Shown piece after piece: positions 28,563 to 36,418 of a DNA stretch of 42,270 bases. Source of the stretch: Candidatus Zixiibacteriota bacterium (lineage in GTDB: Bacteria > Zixibacteria > MSB-5A5 > GN15 > FEB-12). The DNA lies in the NCBI GenBank assembly GCA_024278515.1, contig JAJRTA010000121.1:1-42270 (forward strand), written 5' to 3'. Under the pieces are notes generated by a model, which saw only the letters and a list, made by a program, of their open reading frames with translations, had not been told where the DNA came from and made no database searches. The translations under genes and the position numbers were made by a program. Each line of letters opens with the position of its first letter. Position 1 is the first letter of the stretch.

Positions 28563-29342
28563 TCAAAAGAGCTTGTCAACCTTTCCTATCAACTGGTCCA
28601 GCCCGATCTCGTAAACCTGGTCCACTGAGCCGAGATTCGCGGTTGCCACCAAGATAGAATATTGCCCGGCCACGGTCAACGGCCAATCGCCCCGCAGGCT
28701 GACGCCGAGAGGTCCGTCGTGGGGATCGGGCAGATCGTTAACCACTACCAGCCCGTCGGCCACCATAACGGATTCATACGGCAGACCAAGAACAAAACCT
28801 GTCCGACGGGTTCCTTGATCGTCCACAAACCGAACCATCTCGAAACGCTCGGGCATGTGATGCAATATCGGTTTGCCGACAAAGGCGATATCTATCATAT
28901 ATTCGAGGCGGTCGGTTTTCAGAACATCTCCGGTTGCGAACCGCGGATTGAGCCGGTTGTTTTGCATGGTATAGATTTCAGGGCGGTTTCTCCAGGCGAT
29001 ATTCAAAACAGCCGCCGGTGAGATTATCTGATAGACTACTCCGATTAACAGGAATAAAAATATCCGACGCATTGTACGGCTGAATGTTTTTCGTTTTCTT
29101 TTAACCGTACGCGCCAGGTCTATGAAAGTGAAGAGATAAAAAACCAGCGGCAGCCAGAGTATAAGCATTTCGGCAAAATACGGCATCGGTACAAATAACA
29201 GGGCAACATAAAGCACACCGGCCAGAAGTGTAATCAGGTAGATAAACAGACCGAATGAGAACTCTTTCCAGAAAACATGCCCCAACCCGGGCAAAAGGAT
29301 ATTCAACAACCAGGCTGCAATAAAGCTATCAGGGAATCTCAT
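28563..29342 (-). CDS. Membrane protein with a degenerate S26 signal-peptidase-like domain
   Basis: LPGLGH N-terminal TM region, then NNRLNPRFATGD and RRTGFVLGLPYESV, resembling S26 boxes B and D without the catalytic Ser/Lys. Confidence 0.6.
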   Translation of the reverse strand: MRFPDSFIAAWLLNILLPGLGHVFWKEFSFGLFIYLITLLAGVLYVALLFVPMPYFAEMLILWLPLVFYLFTFIDLARTVKRKRKTFSRTMRRIFLFLLIGVVYQIISPAAVLNIAWRNRPEIYTMQNNRLNPRFATGDVLKTDRLEYMIDIAFVGKPILHHMPERFEMVRFVDDQGTRRTGFVLGLPYESVMVADGLVVVNDLPDPHDGPLGVSLRGDWPLTVAGQYSILVATANLGSVDQVYEIGLDQLIGKVDKLF

Positions 29343-29632
29343 ATAACATAATCATACGAGATTGTTCATCGGTTGGACATTTTTTTTTGCAGAGGTTTGC
29401 ATAAATCCGTATAAGCCGATAGATATAAGCAGGTTAGTCCCTGACGTCGGCGTTGTCACGCCGGTACGGTGACACAAGCCTGGTTTCCGAAAGTTTTTAA
29501 CATAGCTAAGTAATTGAAAGATATTGGATTGTCGAGCAAAACGGTTGCCTATAAAGTGTGAAAGCAACTAAACTGGCCCGATAAGCGTATAAACTTCAAA
29601 GAGATACACAATGTCTGCGGCAGGCATCCAAC

Positions 29633-29660
29633 TTGACAAAGCCTGCTCCGGAGTTATCTT
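29633..29660 (+). promoter_or_regulatory. Sigma-70-like promoter of ctpA
   Basis: TTGACA-N16-TATCTT, then GGAGG SD and ATG 29701. Confidence 0.6.
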
Positions 29661-29700
29661 GCGCATGTACTGAAACGAGCACCCTGTATTGGAGGTCTTA

Positions 29701-31509
29701 ATGATTCGTTATAGTGTCCTGTTATTTGGAGTCACCGTCTTTGCCCTTGCCACGATCTGGAAGATCGGCTCGACAGAGGCCTCACCTGCCAATAATGACC
29801 CATCGGTGCTCTGGGCCGATACCTCACACATACAGATAGAATCAGGCAGCGAAAGCCCTAAAGAAACCCCGCGTCAGAAACGTGACAGTTTTTTAAGAGA
29901 TGTCAAAAAACTTTCTTCGACCGCTTTCAACATTCGCAATCAGTACATGGAAGAGGTCGATACCGACGCCATTATCAAAGCAGGTATCCGCGGGATGCTG
30001 GCGGACCTGGACCGCTATTCCGTGCTGATGGAACAGTCGTCATACGAGGCGTTGATGGAATCGACGCACGGCAAGTATGAAGGCCTGGGGATGCAGATTG
30101 ATCAGCGCGACAACCGGATTATTATCGTAACGCCGATAGAGGGTACCCCCGCCTATCGCAAAGGGCTTCGAGCCGGCGATATCATCTGGGAGATCGACGG
30201 AAAATCGACCGAAGGGATGAAAACCTCGGACGGCGCCAAGCTCATGCGCGGTCCGGCCGGCACATCGGTGATCCTGACCATTAAACGAGCCGGCATTGCC
30301 GATCTGATGGAGTTTGAAGTTGAGCGGGCGGTGATCGAACTCAAGTCTGTTCCCTACGCCGGGATCATTCCGGGAACCGATATCGGTTATGTCCGGCTTT
30401 CTCGTTTCGCGGAGGAAACCTCGCATGAGTTGCGTCAGGCTATTTCCGACCTGAAGGATCAGAACGTATCGGCTCTTATTTTCGACCTTCGAAGTAACGG
30501 CGGCGGTCTGCTTGATCAGGCCAAGGAAACCGCTGAACTGTTTCTTGAGGAAGGCCGTGAAATCGTCTACACCAAGGGCCGCTACGAAACCAGCGAGCGT
30601 CATTTCTATTCGGAAAGATCTCCCCTGTTTGGCGATAAACCGCTTGTGATTCTGGTTAATGAAGGCACGGCTTCGGCCAGTGAGATCGTGGCCGGTGCAA
30701 TCCAGGACTGGGACAGGGGCCTGATCGTCGGTTCGACCACTTACGGCAAAGGGCTGGTACAGCAGATCTTCAATATCACCAATGATAATTCGATGGCCTT
30801 GAAACTGACCACAGCCAAGTACTATGTCCCTTCGGGGCGGTGTATCCAGAAACCGGACAAACAGGCCAAACGCAACTCACATCCCGAAGAAGTACTGGTA
30901 AAAGATAAGACAGAAGAAGAAGACAGCCTTTCTGTCGCCGAGGAGCACGCCTTTTACACCAACGGCGGGCGGATTGTTTACGGCGGCGGGGGAATCGTAC
31001 CGGACTATGAAGTTGAATCGGAATTGTACAAGCCTATCGAAATCAACCTGGAAAGACAGTCGCTGTTCTTCGATTTTGCCGTCAATTATGTTGCCGAACA
31101 TCCGGATGTGAAACCCGGATTTGAAGTTACCGACGAGATCCTGGAACAGTTCCGCCGGTTTATCGATGAAAAGGAGTTCGACTACAAAACTTCCCTTCAG
31201 GTAGCGCTTGAAGATTTGCGTGAAACCGTAAACGAAGAGGAATCCGAAGAGTTGTTTGCCGCCAGCCTGGCCGACCTGGAAGCTCTGGTTGAGAAGGAAA
31301 AATCGGATGACTTCGAGGAATCGAAAGAGTATATCAAACGTTCGATCAAACGTGAAATCCTTTCATCGATCGTCGGCCAGCGCGGTGTCTACGAATGGCT
31401 GATCCTTCAAACCGACAAAACGATTCTGAAAGCAGTCGAGATTCTCAACACGCCGGACATGTACTCCCGGATGATTACCGAGGGACAGAAAAAGGCGGAA
31501 TTGAACTAA
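29701..31509 (+). CDS. ctpA: S41 carboxy-terminal processing protease with PDZ domain
   Basis: Signal peptide, GLG..PDZ, DLRSNGGG, TASASEIVAG, TYGKG, KYYVPSGRCIQ, GGIVPD. Confidence 0.95.
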   Translation: MIRYSVLLFGVTVFALATIWKIGSTEASPANNDPSVLWADTSHIQIESGSESPKETPRQKRDSFLRDVKKLSSTAFNIRNQYMEEVDTDAIIKAGIRGMLADLDRYSVLMEQSSYEALMESTHGKYEGLGMQIDQRDNRIIIVTPIEGTPAYRKGLRAGDIIWEIDGKSTEGMKTSDGAKLMRGPAGTSVILTIKRAGIADLMEFEVERAVIELKSVPYAGIIPGTDIGYVRLSRFAEETSHELRQAISDLKDQNVSALIFDLRSNGGGLLDQAKETAELFLEEGREIVYTKGRYETSERHFYSERSPLFGDKPLVILVNEGTASASEIVAGAIQDWDRGLIVGSTTYGKGLVQQIFNITNDNSMALKLTTAKYYVPSGRCIQKPDKQAKRNSHPEEVLVKDKTEEEDSLSVAEEHAFYTNGGRIVYGGGGIVPDYEVESELYKPIEINLERQSLFFDFAVNYVAEHPDVKPGFEVTDEILEQFRRFIDEKEFDYKTSLQVALEDLRETVNEEESEELFAASLADLEALVEKEKSDDFEESKEYIKRSIKREILSSIVGQRGVYEWLILQTDKTILKAVEILNTPDMYSRMITEGQKKAELN

Positions 31510-31538
31510 GCATACTTTTTTATCAGCATAATTTTCAT

Positions 31539-31566
31539 AAGAGCGTCCACACGGCGCTCTTTTTTT
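31539..31566 (+). terminator. Intrinsic terminator after ctpA
   Basis: aagagcgtc-cacac-ggcgctctt followed by a T run. Confidence 0.75.
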
Positions 31567-31587
31567 ATTGTGTCGACAAATTCTGTT

Positions 31588-31788
31588 ATGTTGTGTGGGC
31601 CTGAACAGGGCGCCGAGGCTTACCCCTCCTCGGACAACGCGTGGGACCGTTTCGGTGAAGCCCTGGCCGCCAACGGACAAGTGGGCCGGGCAATCGAATG
31701 TTACAAAAAAGCTCTGTCTTTGCTTGACCGTAACACCGGAATAAACCCGACCCTGCGCGATGCCGTCCGAACCAACGCGAGCAGATAA
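31588..31788 (+). pseudogene. Single TPR-like fragment (probable gene remnant)
   Basis: YPSSDNAWDRFGEALAANGQVGRAIECYKKALSL; no SD; begins right after a terminator. Confidence 0.5.
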
Positions 31789-31899
31789 TCGAGCGTTTGC
31801 ATCGACAGCTTGTGGAGCAGTCATCTGAAGGTTGACACGGCCTCGCCAGAGACGTAAAGTTAAAGACAAATAACATCCAGGTTCTTCCGGAGAAAAGTC

Positions 31900-33141
31900 A
31901 TGAGTGAGCAAAACTCAGAATTCACCCGCAGGAAATTCCTCGCCGCGTCGATGGGCTGCCTGGCAGCCGCTTCCGTGGCCGGTGTACCAGGTGTGATAAT
32001 GGCCGACGAAAACAATAAGCCCACAGGCAAGATGATCGAACGACCGCTCGGTAAAACCGGCATCACGCTGCCGATCGTAAGCATGGGAGCAGGCGCCGCC
32101 AACGACCCCGGCCTCGTGGCGGCCTGCTATGAAGCCGGTATGCGACATTTCGACACCGCCGTATCCTACGCCTATGGCCGCAATGAACAGATGGTCGGCC
32201 AGGCGCTGGCCAAACTGGGAGTACGAAAAGATTGTATTATTTCGACCAAGCTGCATACTCCGAGCCAAAGGAATTCCGTATCGACCAAAGCTGAGTCGAA
32301 GAAGCTGATGATGTCGACAATGGAAGCATCGCTCAAGAGGCTCAAGACCGACTATGTGGATATTCTGTACATTCACGATGTCCGTGACCCCGCTCCGGTT
32401 ACCGACGAGGCGATCATGGAAGGTCTGCAGAAGCTGAAAAAACAGGGCAAAACTCGTTTTATCGGCATTTCCACCCATGCGAACATGGCCGGCGTGGTCA
32501 GGGCTACCGTCGAGGCCGGAATTTACGATGTCGTGTTGACCGCGTTCAATTTCACCATGGCCGATGATACCGCACTGCCGGCCGCGATTAAGAAAGCGGC
32601 TGAAAAGGGGCTTGGTGTAATCGCCATGAAGACGCAGGCGGGCGGCGCCAACTACCCCAACTCCGAGACACTGCGAAACTATTCAACTGCGGTGATCAAC
32701 TCGGCGGCGTTCAAATGGGCAATGCGCAACGAAAATATCTGCACGGCTATCACCGGGATCAGCAACTATGAGCACTTGCGCTGGAACACAGGTTACGCCG
32801 CCGATCTGGAGCTGACCTCGGAAGAGACAAGATTCCTTGCGGATAACAGCGTCTTGCTGGGAATGGGCTTCTGTCGCCAGTGCCAAGGCTGTCTGGCCAG
32901 TTGTCCGAAGAATACCGATATCCCGGATTTGATGCGTACGCACATGTATGCGACGCAATACGCCGATTTTACCAAGGCGCGTCGCACGCTCAAATCGATT
33001 CCGGCCGGTGCGGGCCTCGCCTTATGTACTTCATGCGGTTCCTGCGTCGCCGTGTGCAAAAACTCGGTTGATGTGCCGATGAAGATAGATCAGCTCAGGG
33101 AGATTTACGACCGGATCGGACCGATAAGTACCTACTGCTGA
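31900..33141 (+). CDS. Aldo/keto reductase with twin-arginine-like leader and C-terminal Fe-S dicluster motifs
   Basis: TRRKFL leader, RPLGKTG, FDTAVSY, ISTK, SLKRLKTDYVDILYIH, CRQCQGCLASCP and CTSCGSCVAVC. Confidence 0.9.
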   Translation: MSEQNSEFTRRKFLAASMGCLAAASVAGVPGVIMADENNKPTGKMIERPLGKTGITLPIVSMGAGAANDPGLVAACYEAGMRHFDTAVSYAYGRNEQMVGQALAKLGVRKDCIISTKLHTPSQRNSVSTKAESKKLMMSTMEASLKRLKTDYVDILYIHDVRDPAPVTDEAIMEGLQKLKKQGKTRFIGISTHANMAGVVRATVEAGIYDVVLTAFNFTMADDTALPAAIKKAAEKGLGVIAMKTQAGGANYPNSETLRNYSTAVINSAAFKWAMRNENICTAITGISNYEHLRWNTGYAADLELTSEETRFLADNSVLLGMGFCRQCQGCLASCPKNTDIPDLMRTHMYATQYADFTKARRTLKSIPAGAGLALCTSCGSCVAVCKNSVDVPMKIDQLREIYDRIGPISTYC

Positions 33142-33166
33142 TAATCGATTCACAGTGGCAGATGGA

Positions 33167-34339
33167 TCAGTTGTTTTCGTCAGAGCCGGTTGAACGCATG
33201 ACTTCATCGTAAACCTGTGCGAGTGGGACACCCTCACGGAGTGCGGCTTCACGGCAGTCCTCGTACTCGGGGGCAATGCGTTCTGTCCGTCCCAGGCGGG
33301 AAACTTTCACTCGTATCTCACCGAAATGAGTACGGACTGTGCGTGTTTCACGTTTCAACTTGCGCCGCATCAGGCGTTGTGTGCGAATACCGATAGTGCT
33401 GGTCTCGGCAAAAATCGTAGAAGACAACGCATCATACCGGGCCTGATCAGCCAGTACGGAGAGAGTTACCGCGGGACGATTCTTCTTCATCTGAATCGGC
33501 GTAAACCAGACATCCCGCGCACCCTCCGATAATAAACGTTCCATAACATAACCGAGACGTTCACCGGTCATATCGTCAAGGTTGCACTCCATCAGGAGTA
33601 TTTCGTCAATTTCGAGGCTGTCGGTTGCGCTTTCACCGATCACGACACGGATCATATTGGGGATTTCGAGGTCGCGGCTCCCGGCTCCATAGCCGACCGA
33701 GGTTGTGGTCATCGGAGGAACCGGGCCAAAACTGTCAGCCAGTGTTTTCAGAAGAGCCGCGCCGGTGGGTGTGGTCAGCTCGGATCGGATACCGGATGAC
33801 CAGGTCGGCGCTCCCTTCAGTATTTCCAGGGTCGCAGGAGCAGGTACCGGCATTTTGCCGTGCTCACACTCGATAAATCCGGTTCCGAAGTGGACAGGTG
33901 AAACCATAATTTGCCTAATGCCGAGATAGTCAAGCCCGATCACCGTACCGACAATATCAACAATAGCATCAAGAGCGCCGACTTCGTGAAAATGAATCTT
34001 GTCGGTGGTAGTGCCGTGGATTTTGGCCTCGGCGCGAGCGAGTGTTTCAAATACAGCTATGCCGCGCGACTTCACCTGGCCGGACAGGTCGCTATGGTCA
34101 ATAATCTCCGTAATATCGCCAAGGTGTCGATGGACATTTTGCTCCCCGGTTATCACACTGAGTTTGGTCCCGCTGATTCCGTTTTTCATCACCCTGTCAC
34201 ACTGCAGATCGAAGCCGTCCAACTTAAGTTTTGCCAGCTCGCTTTTCAGAAAATCGAACGGCAACCCGGCGTCGATCAGCGCTCCGAGGATCATATCCCC
34301 TGCCGCCCCGGCGAAGCAGTCAAAATAGGCCAGTTTCAT
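33167..34339 (-). CDS. larC: Nickel-pincer cofactor nickel insertase LarC
   Basis: [55 protein letters not shown]. Confidence 0.95.
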   Translation of the reverse strand: MKLAYFDCFAGAAGDMILGALIDAGLPFDFLKSELAKLKLDGFDLQCDRVMKNGISGTKLSVITGEQNVHRHLGDITEIIDHSDLSGQVKSRGIAVFETLARAEAKIHGTTTDKIHFHEVGALDAIVDIVGTVIGLDYLGIRQIMVSPVHFGTGFIECEHGKMPVPAPATLEILKGAPTWSSGIRSELTTPTGAALLKTLADSFGPVPPMTTTSVGYGAGSRDLEIPNMIRVVIGESATDSLEIDEILLMECNLDDMTGERLGYVMERLLSEGARDVWFTPIQMKKNRPAVTLSVLADQARYDALSSTIFAETSTIGIRTQRLMRRKLKRETRTVRTHFGEIRVKVSRLGRTERIAPEYEDCREAALREGVPLAQVYDEVMRSTGSDENN

Positions 34340-35094
34340 TTATCGACCCCCATCAGGTTTGTGACTGCGGCAAAATAACCGGCGCCGAAGCCGTTGTCGA
34401 TATTTACCACCGCGATACCGGGCGAGCAACTGTTAAGCATGGACAAAAGAGCGGCAAGGCCGTTGAAACTGGCCCCGTACCCGACCGATGTCGGCACCGC
34501 CACCACCGGACAGTCAACCATCCCCCCGACCACCGAGGCCAACGCGCCTTCCATGCCGGCCACAACAATCACTATAGCGGCTTCGAACAGTGTCTACTTA
34601 TTATGAAGGTGGCGATGAATCCCGGCTACCCCGTTATCATACAGGCGATCGACCGGATTACTCATAGACTCTGCTGTCACAGCCGCTTCTTCGGCAACCG
34701 GCATATCGGATGTCCCGGCCGACACAACGACGATCTTCTTCCCTGTGCGAGGTTCGGGCAGTTGTCCGCTGAGGATGATTTGGGCCGTTTCATGGTAAAC
34801 CGTATTCGGATATACCTTATGGACCGCGTTGAACAGATCCGGCGCGGCCTTGGTGGCCATAACCAGCCTGTCACCAACGGCAAGTTTGCCGAAAATCGCA
34901 ATAACCTGTTTTGTTGTTTTACCTTTGCAAAAAACCACTTCAGGGAAACCTCGCCTGAGGTCACGATGTGTATCAAGCTTGGCGAAACCGATATCTTCGT
35001 ACGGCAGGTTTTTGAGCTGAGTCATGGCCTGGTCAATGTCAAGCCGGTGATTTCTGATATCTTCCAGCAGTTTTCTCAGGTTATTCCTGTCCAT
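34336..35094 (-). pseudogene. larB: LarB carboxylase/hydrolase interrupted by an in-frame TAG at 34594-34596
   Basis: [71 protein letters not shown]; both ORF parts are in one frame. Confidence 0.9.
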
Positions 35095-35965
35095 TGCCTG
35101 CCTGCGAAAGTGATTCGTTCAGGCTGCCGCTTCGGAAACCAAGCAGATCAACCGCAACATAACCGTAACCAAAAGATTTGAATTGATCGGTTATTTCTTT
35201 GGCCCGACCGTTCGCGAACAACCGATCGATATCATCCGGCGGCAGTTCTATGCGTGCAACCTTATCGTGATCACGCACCCTGAGGACTTTGAAACCGAGG
35301 CTTTTCAGGTAGTTTTCAGCCTGCTCTATCCGGGCCAGTTTCTCTTTGGTAATCGGTGACCCGTACGGAATCCGCGACGACAAACAGGGCGCGGCCGGTT
35401 TGTCCCAGGTGGGCAGATTCATTGTTCGGGATAAAATACGAATATCTTCTTTGGTCATACGGGCATCTTTCAACGGGCTGATAACAGCAAACTCGTTGAC
35501 CGCGCGGAACCCGGGACGATAATCATCGAGATCGTCATAATTCGACCCTTCAACCACGACCGGTATATTCATCTCCACCGCAAGTTCGGTTAATCGGCCA
35601 AACAACGTTTTCTTGCAGTGGTAGCATCGATCCGGAGGATTGGCCACAAAATCCGGATCGCACATCTCATCAGTACGTATGATAATATGACGTGCGCCGA
35701 TCTGCCCCGCTATTGTCGCGGCAAGCTCCAACTCGGACGCCGCCAGCGTGTCGGATTCCGCCGTGACAGCAACCGCCTTGTCGCCGAGCAGGTCAACCGC
35801 CACTTTCAGCAGGAATGTGCTGTCCACGCCGCCCGAAAAAGCCACGATAACCGATTCCTGATCCGACAGAATCTTTCTGAGCAAACCAAGTTTTTCCGAT
35901 AAGCCGAGGCTTATTTTATCATTTCGCATTTTGGCCGGTCGCTTTGCCATAGTCTTTGCTTCCAT
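35081..35965 (-). CDS. larE: ATP-dependent sulfur transferase LarE
   Basis: AFSGGVDS PP-loop, RCYHCK, DYRPG, PCLSSRIPYG, GFRSGSLN. Confidence 0.95.
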   Translation of the reverse strand: MEAKTMAKRPAKMRNDKISLGLSEKLGLLRKILSDQESVIVAFSGGVDSTFLLKVAVDLLGDKAVAVTAESDTLAASELELAATIAGQIGARHIIIRTDEMCDPDFVANPPDRCYHCKKTLFGRLTELAVEMNIPVVVEGSNYDDLDDYRPGFRAVNEFAVISPLKDARMTKEDIRILSRTMNLPTWDKPAAPCLSSRIPYGSPITKEKLARIEQAENYLKSLGFKVLRVRDHDKVARIELPPDDIDRLFANGRAKEITDQFKSFGYGYVAVDLLGFRSGSLNESLSQAGNGQE

Positions 35966-36418
35966 TTATTCCGTGTAAGATACAGGAAGAATCTGCTCAC
36001 GGCAAGGCCGTAAAAAATGACAGTTATAACCTGATAATCATACTCGTACCAGTCGTTTATCCTTTAATGTAATGACGATGATAAACGCTGAAGGTTCGAA
36101 AAATCGCGCGATCAAACCGTGTCTGACTGCGGCCCACTGAAAAATATTATACGTGGAATATAATCGCCTGCTGTCTCATTAACGATATTAAGGTCACATC
36201 TGTCATATAATTAGCAGGATTTTTCGACCTTTTTTAATTGACACGGATTAATAGAAATCCCAACCTATACAAAGAATAAGACAGTACTTTTGGATAAATA
36301 CGACCGCATGGATGTTGGTTTTTTTTCAAAGGAGGAGAAAACGTATAAAAAAGTGTTAACTGTCCGTATTACGTGCATACGGAAATCCCAATTCATACTT
36401 AATCATAGGAGCAAAGTA

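Noticed and set aside
29395-29584. Additional sigma-28-like -10 boxes (GCCGATAG 29415-29422, CCCGATAA 29577-29584) and a TGTCAC-N9-GTGACA palindrome
   Set aside because: No TAAA/TCAA at 15-nt spacing, a better sigma-70 promoter exists for ctpA, and a 6-bp palindrome alone is within chance.
33167-34339. Programmed frameshift in larC
   Set aside because: larC is a single continuous ORF here.
19129-34596. TAG reassignment or pyrrolysine decoding
   Set aside because: TAG terminates apparently complete genes (pilin 3651-3653, HTH 9699-9701, ribBA 21895-21897, aminopeptidase 26152-26154), the third internal stop is TAA, and no pyl genes are in the window.
34231-35181. 316-aa plus-strand ORF
   Set aside because: Antisense shadow of larB, overlapping larC and larE, with no recognisable domain.
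36290-36418. N-terminal extension of the TonB-dependent receptor
   Set aside because: The signal peptide and SD point to ATG 36419.
35966-36418. Cobalamin, TPP or c-di-GMP riboswitch upstream of the TBDR
   Set aside because: Diagnostic conserved motifs were not found by eye; an Infernal scan is still advisable.
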